In this document: in pieces, positions 8,067-17,092 of the stretch | Position numbering within the stretch: position 1 is the stretch's first letter | How the letters are laid out: each line of letters begins with the position of its first letter | Assembly (NCBI GenBank): GCA_044345055.1 | Contig: JBIJBT010000053.1 | Location: 1 to 19,619 of the forward strand | Length of the DNA stretch: 19,619 nucleotides | Direction of reading: 5' to 3' | From: Bdellovibrionota bacterium | GTDB taxonomy: Bacteria > Bdellovibrionota_C > UBA2361 > OMIW01 | Notes under the pieces: generated by a model | The model's input: only the letters and a program-made list of their open reading frames with translations | The model's database searches: none | What the model was told of the DNA's origin: nothing | Made by a program: the position numbers and the translations under genes

Positions 8067-10820
8067 ATGTCAAAGTCTCTAATCATCGTTGAGTCGCCGA
8101 CCAAGGCAAAAACTATTGGTAAGTTCCTCGGTAAGGGATTTACCGTGAAAGCTTCGTTCGGTCACGTGCGCGATCTACCAAACAGCGCAACAGAGATCCC
8201 GGCTCGGTTAAAAAAAGAGCCGTGGGCAAAGCTTGGGATCAATGTCGAAGAGGATTTTAAACCGCTCTATATCGTTCCAGCGGATAAAAAGAAGCATGTG
8301 AGCGAGCTTCAAAAAGCGCTCGATGATGCCAACGAAGTATATCTAGCAACCGATGAAGATAGAGAGGGAGAGTCGATTAGTTGGCATCTGCTCGATGTTT
8401 TAAAGCCAAAGGTGCCGGTAAAGCGGCTCGTGTTTCATGAAATTACCCAGTCGGCGATAAGCGAAGCGTTGAGGAGCCCGCGAGCGATAGACGAAAATCT
8501 CGTCAAAGCTCAGGAGACGCGGCGCGTTATTGATAGATTATTCGGGTACCTCGTTAGCCCCATTCTGTGGAAGAAGATGAAGCCGCGCCTAAGTGCGGGG
8601 CGAGTGCAGAGCGTTGCGCTTAGGTTGTTGGTTGAGCGAGAGCGGGAGCGGATGCAGTTTCGGGGAGCTGCCTACTGGGGGCTCGAGGGGCTTTTTGGCG
8701 CAAAATCTGGCAATTTTGGGGCAGACCTTTCTCAGGTTGATGGAAAACGGGTTGCCGAGGGGCGCGATTTCGATCCGAAAACGGGCAAACTTTCCGACCC
8801 GAATAGTGTGGTGTACCTCAATGAGGAGGGAGCTGCTCAGTTGAAGGCGGAGCTTCTCAAAGAGAAGGCTGTGGTGCGAAAGGTTGAAGAAAAGCCGTAC
8901 TCCGCGCGCCCCTATCCCCCATTTACCACGAGCACAATGCAGCAGGAGGCGAGCCGAAAGCTCGGTTTTTCAGTGCGTCGCACGATGCAGGTTGCTCAGA
9001 CGTTGTACGAAAACGGATTCATCACCTACATGAGAACCGATTCGACGAACCTCTCGGAGGAGGCGATCTCGGCTGCTCGTGCATTTATCCTCTCTGATTA
9101 CGGCAAGCAGTTCCTTCCTGATTCGCCTCGCCACTATAAGACGAAGGTGAAAAATGCCCAGGAAGCTCACGAAGCGATCCGTCCAGCCGGGGCTCGATTT
9201 GAATCGATTAGCGCGGTTCGGGAAAAGATGGGTGCCGAGGCGGCAAGGCTTTACGAATTGATCTGGAAGCGAATGGTGGCTTGCCAGATGAAAGATGCGG
9301 AGGGCACTCAGGTCTCGGTGCAGGTCGCGGTCGGACGTGGTTTGTTCAGAACTTCAGGAAAAACGATATCGTTCCCCGGCTTTTTGCGGGCGTATGTTGA
9401 GGGAAGCGATGATCCGGAAGCTGATCTTGCTGATAAAGAGAAGATGCTTCCGCCTCTTACTGAGGGAGATGTTCTTTCGATAGAAAAAATCGATGCATCA
9501 AAGCACGAAACAAAACCGCCGGCGCGATTCACCGAAGGAAGCTTAATTAAAGAGCTTGAGCGTCTCGGCATCGGACGGCCGAGTACCTGGGCAACCATTG
9601 TTGATGTGGTGTTATCCCGCGATTACGCCTTTAAGCGCGCTCAGCAGCTGATTCCCTCCTTCCTTGCGATGGCGGTGACGCGGTTGATGGAGCGATTTTT
9701 TGAGGGAGTTGTAGATTACACCTATACCGCAGGGCTTGAGGAAGATCTCGATGCAATATCGCGGGGTGAGGCGGATAATATCAAGTATTTGAAGAATTTT
9801 TACGCCGGCGATCGTCCGGGCCTTGAATCCTTGGTGCGCAACGGTGAAGAGGTAATCGATCCCCGTGATGTGTGCGGGATCGAGATAGCAAAAACTGATA
9901 AGGGTGTAGTAATTGAGGTTCGCATCGGAAGATACGGCCCATTCTTGACGAATGGCGAGGTGCGTTGCGCGTTGCCCGAAGGGTTAGCTCCCGATGAGCT
10001 CACGAGCGAAAAGGCTTCAGAGCTTCTCTCGACCGCTGCTCAGGGGCCTGAGAGTTTGGGACAGCATCCCGTATCTCATAAGGCAATATACGTTAAAACC
10101 GGCCGATTTGGTCCGTATGTTCAGGAGGGGACCGCTGAAGGGGAAGAGAAACCAAAGATGGCCTCGTTGCTTCCGGGTATGGCGGTAGCCGATGTTGATC
10201 TCGATGTCGCGGTAAAGCTCCTTTCGCTGCCTCTTTCTCTTGGTGAGCATCCGCAATCAGGTGAAGAGATTCAGGCGATGAATGGCCGATTTGGTCCCTA
10301 CGTAAAGTGCGGCTCCGAATCGCGCTCGATTCCCGCTGATATCTCGCTCCTTAATTTAACCCGCGAACAGGCGCTCGAACTTCTCTCGCAACCTAAGACG
10401 GGCGGACGACAGCGCGCTGCTCCCGCAAAGCCGCTGAGAGAATTAGGCAACCACCCCGAGACAAACAAACCGCTCGTTATCAAGAGCGGTCGCTACGGTC
10501 CTTATGTTACTGACGGCGAGCTCAACGCATCCCTTGCACGGGGAGCAGACCCACAGGCTCTCTCGCTCCAGGAGGCGGTGGCGCTGCTCGCTGAGCGTGC
10601 AGCGCGGATTGAGCAAGATGGTGGAGTGACGAAAAAGCGAGCCGGTGCGAAGAAGACGGCTCCTTCTGCAAAGGCCGCTACTGAAAAGAAGGCGGCGAGC
10701 AAAAAGGCGACTACTTCCAAGACGGCGACGAAAAAAGGTGCCTTACCGAAATCCGATGCAAAAGCTGCGTCGAGTGGGGGGGCAAAGGGCAAACGGAGTA
10801 CTAAGGCTAAGGAGGTGTAG
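8067..10820 (+). CDS. topA: DNA topoisomerase I (type IA) with Topo_C repeats and Lys/Ala-rich tail
   Basis: LIIVESPTKAKTI, LATDEDREGESI, SAGRVQS, GFITYMRTDS (catalytic Tyr), AQEAHEAIRP and GIGRPST; four GR(Y/F)GP(Y/F) repeats. AAGGAG at 8055-8060 supports ATG 8067. Confidence 0.98.
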   Translation: MSKSLIIVESPTKAKTIGKFLGKGFTVKASFGHVRDLPNSATEIPARLKKEPWAKLGINVEEDFKPLYIVPADKKKHVSELQKALDDANEVYLATDEDREGESISWHLLDVLKPKVPVKRLVFHEITQSAISEALRSPRAIDENLVKAQETRRVIDRLFGYLVSPILWKKMKPRLSAGRVQSVALRLLVERERERMQFRGAAYWGLEGLFGAKSGNFGADLSQVDGKRVAEGRDFDPKTGKLSDPNSVVYLNEEGAAQLKAELLKEKAVVRKVEEKPYSARPYPPFTTSTMQQEASRKLGFSVRRTMQVAQTLYENGFITYMRTDSTNLSEEAISAARAFILSDYGKQFLPDSPRHYKTKVKNAQEAHEAIRPAGARFESISAVREKMGAEAARLYELIWKRMVACQMKDAEGTQVSVQVAVGRGLFRTSGKTISFPGFLRAYVEGSDDPEADLADKEKMLPPLTEGDVLSIEKIDASKHETKPPARFTEGSLIKELERLGIGRPSTWATIVDVVLSRDYAFKRAQQLIPSFLAMAVTRLMERFFEGVVDYTYTAGLEEDLDAISRGEADNIKYLKNFYAGDRPGLESLVRNGEEVIDPRDVCGIEIAKTDKGVVIEVRIGRYGPFLTNGEVRCALPEGLAPDELTSEKASELLSTAAQGPESLGQHPVSHKAIYVKTGRFGPYVQEGTAEGEEKPKMASLLPGMAVADVDLDVAVKLLSLPLSLGEHPQSGEEIQAMNGRFGPYVKCGSESRSIPADISLLNLTREQALELLSQPKTGGRQRAAPAKPLRELGNHPETNKPLVIKSGRYGPYVTDGELNASLARGADPQALSLQEAVALLAERAARIEQDGGVTKKRAGAKKTAPSAKAATEKKAASKKATTSKTATKKGALPKSDAKAASSGGAKGKRSTKAKEV

Positions 10821-10822
10821 AG

Positions 10823-11377
10823 ATGGATATAGGAATGTTTAACGGGGCGTGTTCGGGGGCAATTGATAATAGGAACGCAAATTCGTCCATGCCGAGTCAC
10901 GACACTACGAGTGAAGCCGAATTCAAGGCATTGAAAAAAACTATTTTATCCGGCAAGAACGAATTTTTTTTAATTGACTGTTCGGAAGGAAATGAGCGGA
11001 ATAGTTGGATTAATAGGATAAATCAGGAGCTAAGAGGGAAAGAATTACGAATAGGGAATCTGCATTTATCTGAAGAGATCCGGGACGCCTCAGCCCTATT
11101 AAGCAAGATGAGCGAGCTTTCACAACAGTACGATGTCGTTCACGTTCTCAACGGTACAGAGTGGTTCAGGTCGGAGGGGCGTTGGGAATCAGCAAATTTT
11201 GTGGGAATTGTGTCGTCGGACTCTAATAGACCTACTTCATGGCTTTTTTGGGGTGATGCTGAGCTAATAGGATCTTGTGCTCGCCAAAGCCCGCGACTCT
11301 GGGACAGGCGAGAAGTCTTCAGTCTAGCACGGAATGCCGATGCAGCCCCCACGCCCCCATATGTTAGGGCAGACTAG
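10823..11377 (+). CDS. Hypothetical protein, possibly an inactive STAND-NTPase-like N-terminal domain
   Basis: AAGGAGG upstream within the topA 3' end; 184-aa ORF. The C-terminal WLFWG....GSCARQSPRLWDRREVFSL resembles the lxW......l...APDFWxWRxxVFxF pattern. Confidence 0.55.
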   Translation: MDIGMFNGACSGAIDNRNANSSMPSHDTTSEAEFKALKKTILSGKNEFFLIDCSEGNERNSWINRINQELRGKELRIGNLHLSEEIRDASALLSKMSELSQQYDVVHVLNGTEWFRSEGRWESANFVGIVSSDSNRPTSWLFWGDAELIGSCARQSPRLWDRREVFSLARNADAAPTPPYVRAD

Positions 11378-11490
11378 GAATAAACAATTCAATTCAATTA
11401 TTCCCCCACAGTTCAACCTACCGCTCTGTGACGGAGCGCCGGACGGGGCTAAATTGCCAAATTACGCCGGTTTTTGATTAGTGGTAACAC

Positions 11491-12639
11491 TTGCGAAGCT
11501 TCACCTTCACCACAATTTTTTTGATCTTGGCGCTCTTCTGTGGTTATTCCGTAGTCGGTGGGACACCTTGGGAATCTGAATTTGGAACCTACTGGGCAGC
11601 AACTCGCCTCTTGATAAGCGGCCTTAATCCTTACGATCCGGCCACTTTACGCGAGTGGTGCACTGCGCATGGTATTCATTTCACCGGACCGCTGCACCCC
11701 CCACCGTTCACCGTTATCATGCTGGCACCATTTGCTGCGCTACCCTTTCATACTGCTGCGCGTGCCTTTTTTACAGTGAACTTGATCGCGACCGCACTTT
11801 CGGCGGAGATAGCTCGAAAGATTTTAGGATTGCATCATCGTTCACTAATCAACTATGCAGCTCCTGCGCTCTTTCTCCCGAGTATTTTGCCAATTTTATT
11901 TGGCCAGACTTCATCACTGGTAACGCTCGCTCTCTATGCTGCTATTCTCTCGGCGATGCGAGACCGCTGGGCGTGGGCTGGTGCATTGCTCGGTATGGCA
12001 CTCCTTAAGCCTCACCTCTGGAGCATTACCGGGCTTTATTTCCTGATTCGCTGTCCCGCCGACCAACGGTCACGCTTTATATGTGGAGGCTTAGCCGTTT
12101 TAGCGATACTGCTGGGAATTTCGACTATCGCATCCCCAGATTCGCTCACTCAATGGCTCTCAACAAGTGCCCGCCCCCTTTCCTGGATCGGTGCCTCCCC
12201 GATCAGTTCTGTGCGCCTCGCTCTAGGCACCCCTTCGCACCCATATCCTCAATGGCCCATCTATGTGGCAATTCTTGCCGCGCTCGTTGTTGCAATTTTT
12301 CTCTCTGTTCGGCAAAAGACTCAAGGCCTCAACCTTAGGACTCTCCTTGCGACGCTCTGTCTATCAGCTATTTTTGCGCCCTACCTCTTCTTTTTCGACC
12401 TTTGCGTTCTGTTAGTAGTCGCAATGCATAGTCTAGAACGCTTCTCCTCCCCATCGCCGCGCATCTGTGGCTCCCGTTTTGGTTTCCTATTCCTAATCAC
12501 CCCCTGGGTCCTGTTTATCTCTGGAATGTGGGCTAAGGAAACGGGGATTGTCACCATCCTTGGACTCTTTTCTCTTCTAGATGGAATCTGCTCTCCCCGC
12601 CAACGCCCCCCGTCGTCGGCCTCCGATGCACCAGCCTGA
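11491..12639 (+). CDS. Glycosyltransferase family 87-like (DUF2029) polytopic membrane protein
   Basis: EFGTYWAATRLLISGLNPYD, HPPPF, FGQTS, LLKPH and APYLFFFD motifs; many TM helices. TTG start uncertain. Confidence 0.8.
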   Translation: MRSFTFTTIFLILALFCGYSVVGGTPWESEFGTYWAATRLLISGLNPYDPATLREWCTAHGIHFTGPLHPPPFTVIMLAPFAALPFHTAARAFFTVNLIATALSAEIARKILGLHHRSLINYAAPALFLPSILPILFGQTSSLVTLALYAAILSAMRDRWAWAGALLGMALLKPHLWSITGLYFLIRCPADQRSRFICGGLAVLAILLGISTIASPDSLTQWLSTSARPLSWIGASPISSVRLALGTPSHPYPQWPIYVAILAALVVAIFLSVRQKTQGLNLRTLLATLCLSAIFAPYLFFFDLCVLLVVAMHSLERFSSPSPRICGSRFGFLFLITPWVLFISGMWAKETGIVTILGLFSLLDGICSPRQRPPSSASDAPA

Positions 12640-12674
12640 AGCAGGTCAAAGGGGCCAAACGATGGGAGAGGTGG

Positions 12675-12697
12675 AAGAAAAAGAGAGTCTTACTCTC
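12675..12697 (-). terminator. Likely intrinsic terminator of glnA
   Basis: Minus strand reads GAGAGT-AAG-ACTCTC followed by TTTTTCTT, directly after the stop at 12700. Confidence 0.5.
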
Positions 12698-12699
12698 AT

Positions 12700-14145
12700 C
12701 TAGAACCGAGACCACAAGTACTGGTTCGTTACTTCGTGGTGGAACAAGATTTCGCTTGTCTTGACGAGCGTTCCGAGCTCTTTGGGGGAGCGTTCGGCAA
12801 CTGCTAGTTTGCGATCAAGGTACTTTTCCTTATTTTCCTGACCAAGCACTTCGCCGATGAATTCGCTCTGCTTAAAGAGGCGAATCGCGTCGAAGATGTT
12901 GCTCGGGAGGAATCGAGTTCTGGTGCGGCGAGATTCCGAGGTTATTGTCTCGGTCATCGGTCCGTTAAGGCCGGTCTTTATGAGGGTGAAGAAGGCCAGA
13001 TACGGGTTAGCATCAGGGGCAACAGTTCGTACCTCGATGCGGGCCGATTTCTCGTTACCGAGTGGAATTCGGACCATCGAAGTTCGGTCGACCGGTGATG
13101 ACTTAATCTGGTTCGGTGCCTCAAAGTGAGGGTCGAGCCTGCGGTAGCTGTTTACGCTTGGGTTGAGCACCAGACAGACATCGTTAGCGCTGTTGAGGAT
13201 GCGATCAACAAAATCCCAGGCAAACTTCGAAAGATTCTCCTCTCCTGATCCATCGAAGAAGATGTTCTTCCCGTTTTTGCTGATTGAGATGTTAGTGTGC
13301 ATTCCGCTGCCGTTAATTCCGGCAATCGGCTTCGGCAGAAAGCTAGCGGTACATCCCATATTGGCCGCTACCTGACGGGCTACCAGCTTGTAGAGCTGCA
13401 CCTGATCCGCTGCGAGAAGAGCATCGCAGTAGGAGTAGTTGAGCTCAAACTGTGATGGTGCAACCTCGGGGTGGTCCTTTTCATTCTCAAAACCGAGCGC
13501 GCGCTGAGCTTCAGCAAGCCGATCGATGAAGAGTTTGAGGGTATCGTTCGGAAGTGCGTTGTAATAACCGCCGCTTGATACGATCGTAAACCCTTCTTTC
13601 GAGACGTAGTTCTGTTCGGCGTTGAGCCCTTGGAATAGGAAGCCCTCTACCTCTACAGCCACATTAACGGTCATCCCGTCTTTGTTGAGCTCTTCAGAGA
13701 ATGCGCGAAGCTGTCCTCGAAGATCCGATTGATATGGCTTGCCTGACTTGTCCAGAATGAGGCCAAAAACGATGACCTTGCCCGGGCCAAATACATCGCT
13801 CGGTAACCACCTAAATGAACCCCAATCGATTGCTAGGCGAAGATCTGATTCGCTAACGACCGAGAACCCGCGGATAGAGGAACCGTCGAAGGTAAGGTTG
13901 TCGTAAGACTTGAGAAGGAACTTCTTGTCGTAATCGAGCATGTGAAAACGGCCCTCGAGGTCCGAGAAGCATACCGTCACTGCTTTAATGCGGGGCTCCT
14001 TTTCCAACTCGGCAATATAGAATTTGGCAAGCTCTGCATCAGAGACACGGTTCTTCTGCTTTTCCTTTGCAGTAAGATTTTTTGCTTCAAGCTCGTCGTA
14101 TGGAATTTCGAGAAAATCGCGGAGGGGTTTGGTGGTAACGGTCAT
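12700..14145 (-). CDS. glnA: Glutamine synthetase (type I family)
   Basis: FDGSSIRGF, EVEGF, HPEVAPSQFE, PKPIAGINGSGMHTN, NSYRRLDPHFEAP and RIEVRTVAPDANPYLA; AAGGAG RBS upstream. Confidence 0.92.
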   Translation of the reverse strand: MTVTTKPLRDFLEIPYDELEAKNLTAKEKQKNRVSDAELAKFYIAELEKEPRIKAVTVCFSDLEGRFHMLDYDKKFLLKSYDNLTFDGSSIRGFSVVSESDLRLAIDWGSFRWLPSDVFGPGKVIVFGLILDKSGKPYQSDLRGQLRAFSEELNKDGMTVNVAVEVEGFLFQGLNAEQNYVSKEGFTIVSSGGYYNALPNDTLKLFIDRLAEAQRALGFENEKDHPEVAPSQFELNYSYCDALLAADQVQLYKLVARQVAANMGCTASFLPKPIAGINGSGMHTNISISKNGKNIFFDGSGEENLSKFAWDFVDRILNSANDVCLVLNPSVNSYRRLDPHFEAPNQIKSSPVDRTSMVRIPLGNEKSARIEVRTVAPDANPYLAFFTLIKTGLNGPMTETITSESRRTRTRFLPSNIFDAIRLFKQSEFIGEVLGQENKEKYLDRKLAVAERSPKELGTLVKTSEILFHHEVTNQYLWSRF

Positions 14146-14177
14146 TAAGGAACTCCTTCATCACTTACATAAGCAAC

Positions 14178-14309
14178 AGAGAACCGAAAAAAGCAAAAGC
14201 TTTCGAGCACAATGGACTCAGGCAGCATGGGAGGACAACCCGACCCCATTGCTGTTCGGTCTCTACGAGAGTTTTGCCCAGATTGTCGCCATTTTGACGA
14301 TAATTGGGC
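14178..14309 (-). promoter_or_regulatory. Putative structured 5' leader of glnA
   Basis: Nested complementary segments forming a multi-branch fold at 14178-14264, plus a separate hairpin at 14276-14309. Confidence 0.35.
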
Positions 14310-14657
14310 TATGCTAGAGGTTAAAATTACTCCAATTAGTAATATAATGATAGTCCTTAAGGTCGCTTTGAGTTGAGATTGCTTAAGAGAGGAAGGTTTA
14401 GAGGCTCAACAATTCCAACATTCGGCGGCTATAGCTATCGAGTAGTTGTTTAGCCGTTAAATAGTGAACAAATGATTTTGTTGCTGTTTTGGGGTTGTGT
14501 TATACTGACTGGAGCCAATATTTGATTTTGGGGATTCAGCCTATAACTCTCCCGATATAGGGCTGAGCAGCTATTTTAATTGCATCATCCTTCTTCTAGT
14601 ATCATAGTTATTCAATGAGCTAGCCGTCCAACTTACAAACTGTCCCCAAGTAGCGTT

Positions 14658-15293
14658 ATGCAAACGTCACTCACTTTCGACCCTGTAAATAAACCATCGG
14701 AAGCTATCCTCCTGATGGCAGGGGCTATTTTCTTGATGCTGCTGGTTGTCCAGGGATTTCGACTAGTACTTCGGAAATTGGGGCTTTCTAAGCGATTGAG
14801 CCGCGCCGATGAGAATGTAATTTTGAGGGATATAAACGAACTTGATGGAAAGATTCATGAGTTCGAAAAGCGGGTCGAAACACTTGAAGATTTAGCTACA
14901 GGATACTACTCATCTTTGATGGATGTAGCTGGGTTTACTGAAAAGCTGCAAACTTTGGGTAGATATCGAGATCGACTCATCCAGTTGATGGTTGATATTG
15001 AAACCTTGATAGATCGTGAAAACTTCGTAAAACTTCAGCGAGTTCTCCAGTACCTGGGCGGCAGTGCCGTTCTCTCCGGTGAAGCTCTTGGAAGTATCGT
15101 GCTTGCGGAGGATGATGTTGTTTTAAATGGTTGGGAGAAAAAAACAACTCCGATGATCATCGAATGCTGCGCAGATCTTGAGAGAGTCGCGGGAGAAATG
15201 GCCAAAATTCGAATGATTGATCCGAATCGGAAAAGAAAGCCCACCCTACTTCGGCTTCAGGAGTTACGAGACAGACTCCTTTTCCAGTCTTAA
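14658..15293 (+). CDS. Hypothetical single-TM coiled-coil protein
   Basis: N-terminal hydrophobic helix (AILLMAGAIFLMLLVV) followed by heptad-like INELDGKIHEFEKRVETLEDL; 211-aa ORF. Confidence 0.7.
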   Translation: MQTSLTFDPVNKPSEAILLMAGAIFLMLLVVQGFRLVLRKLGLSKRLSRADENVILRDINELDGKIHEFEKRVETLEDLATGYYSSLMDVAGFTEKLQTLGRYRDRLIQLMVDIETLIDRENFVKLQRVLQYLGGSAVLSGEALGSIVLAEDDVVLNGWEKKTTPMIIECCADLERVAGEMAKIRMIDPNRKRKPTLLRLQELRDRLLFQS

Positions 15294-15406
15294 ATATCCA
15301 GAAAAATTTCCTATTTCCTTCGACTTTGCTCGCTATTTGAGTAATCCTCCAAGTCTTGCTGGTATCCTTATATCTATCTATTAAATTTAAACGATGATGT
15401 AATCAT

Positions 15407-17080
15407 ATGGCTCCAGAATTTGCTTTTAGTATGCACCGTGTTGGGAAGACCTATCCCGGTGGTAAACAGGTTCTTCGCGATATTAGCCTCTCCTTTTATT
15501 ACGGGGCAAAAATCGGCGTATTGGGATTAAACGGCTCGGGAAAATCGACTCTTCTCAAAATTATCGCGGGAGTTGAGAAAGATTTTGTTGGTGAGGTTCA
15601 GAGAACGGATGGGTTGTCGATTGGGTTTCTTACTCAAGAGCCGTACCTTGATGATACGAAGACGGTTCGAGAGGTGGTTGAAGAGGGTGTTGCGCCGTTG
15701 ATTGCTTTAAAAAAACGACTCGATGAAATAAATGAGGCGTTTACCGATCCGGCTGCGGATATGGATGCGTTAATTGCTGAGCAATCAACTGTCCTTGAGG
15801 CGTTTGAGGCTCAGAATGGGTGGGAGCTGGAGCGGACTCTAGATGTTGCGATGGAGGCTCTTCGATTACCGCCGCCGGAACAGCCTATTAGGGTGCTGAG
15901 CGGTGGAGAGCGGCGACGAGTGGCGATATGTCGATTATTATTGCAGCGCCCCGATATCTTGCTTCTAGATGAGCCAACAAACCATCTTGATGCCGAGTCG
16001 GTGTGGTGGCTTGAGAGATTTTTGAACGAGTACGAGGGAACGGTTATTGCGGTTACTCACGACCGCTACTTCCTCGATAATTCCGCTCAATGGATTCTCG
16101 AGCTCGATCGAGGTCACGGTATTCCATGGAAGGGCAACTACTCTTCTTGGCTTGAACAGAAGGAAAAGCGGCTTGCTCTTGAGGAGAAGCAGGAGACAAA
16201 GCGACAAAAAACATTAGCTCGCGAGCTAGAGTGGATACGGATGAGTCCAAAGGCTCGGCACGCCAAGAGCAAGGCGAGGATCTCGAACTACGAATCATTG
16301 CTCGCTGAAGATAGACCTGAACGGGCTGAGGAGATGGAGATCTATATTCCTCCCGGCCCTCGGCTTGGTGATAAAGTTATCGAAGCACAAGGTATCAGCA
16401 AGTCGTTCGGCGAAAAGCTTCTCTTTGAAAATCTATCATTCCTCATTCCTCCGGGCGCAGTGGTCGGTATTATCGGGGGTAACGGAGCGGGTAAAACGAC
16501 ACTTTTCCGATTAATAACTGGTCAGGATCAGCCTGATTCCGGAAGCTTTTCGGTCGGTGAAACCGTTGCTCTTGCCTATGTAGATCAGTCGCGCGATTCC
16601 CTTAACCCGAATCATCTTGTTTGGGAGGAGATAGCTGATGGTCCTCACGAGACAATAAAATTGGGAGCACGTGATATAAACTCACGCGCATACTGCGCTC
16701 GGTTTAACTTTACCGGCTCGGATCAGCAAAAAAAGGTGGGAGTGCTCTCTGGTGGAGAGAGGAACCGCGTTCATTTAGCAAAACTGCTAAAGAGTGGCGG
16801 GAATGTGCTCCTTCTTGATGAACCAACAAACGATCTTGATGTAAACACGCTGCGAGCTCTTGAGGACGCAATCCTCTCATTTGCTGGATGCGTTATGGTT
16901 ATCAGCCACGATAGGTGGTTTTTAGATCGAATCTGCACTCACATCATGGCGTTTGAAGGAAATAGCTCTGTAGTGATGATAGAGGGTAACTTCCAGGATT
17001 ATGAGGAGGACAAAAAACGCCGCCTTGGCGCTGATGCTGCACAACCTCATCGGATGCGTTACAAGGCGATCCACAGCTGA
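15407..17080 (+). CDS. ettA: Energy-dependent translational throttle protein EttA (ABC-F)
   Basis: ISLSFYYGAKIGVLGLNGSGKST, two LSGGE and DEPTN motifs, ILELDRGHGIPWKGNYSSWLEQK and IYIPPGPRLG; 557 aa. Confidence 0.97.
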   Translation: MAPEFAFSMHRVGKTYPGGKQVLRDISLSFYYGAKIGVLGLNGSGKSTLLKIIAGVEKDFVGEVQRTDGLSIGFLTQEPYLDDTKTVREVVEEGVAPLIALKKRLDEINEAFTDPAADMDALIAEQSTVLEAFEAQNGWELERTLDVAMEALRLPPPEQPIRVLSGGERRRVAICRLLLQRPDILLLDEPTNHLDAESVWWLERFLNEYEGTVIAVTHDRYFLDNSAQWILELDRGHGIPWKGNYSSWLEQKEKRLALEEKQETKRQKTLARELEWIRMSPKARHAKSKARISNYESLLAEDRPERAEEMEIYIPPGPRLGDKVIEAQGISKSFGEKLLFENLSFLIPPGAVVGIIGGNGAGKTTLFRLITGQDQPDSGSFSVGETVALAYVDQSRDSLNPNHLVWEEIADGPHETIKLGARDINSRAYCARFNFTGSDQQKKVGVLSGGERNRVHLAKLLKSGGNVLLLDEPTNDLDVNTLRALEDAILSFAGCVMVISHDRWFLDRICTHIMAFEGNSSVVMIEGNFQDYEEDKKRRLGADAAQPHRMRYKAIHS

Positions 17081-17092
17081 GCTGTTTAGGGC

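Noticed and set aside
10502..10900. 132-aa hydrophobic antisense ORF and other short ORFs inside mnmG, topA, glnA, ettA and slt
   Set aside because: These are shadow frames of well-supported genes. The hydrophobicity mirrors the Lys/Ala codons of the TopA tail.
14178..14264. tRNA gene suggested by the cloverleaf-like fold
   Set aside because: No T-loop GTTCRA in the proper position, no D-loop consensus and no 7-nt anticodon loop.
14270..14300. sigma54 promoter for glnA (TGGCGACAATCTGGGC on the minus strand)
   Set aside because: GG-to-GC spacing is 11 nt, not the required 10, and TTGC is absent.
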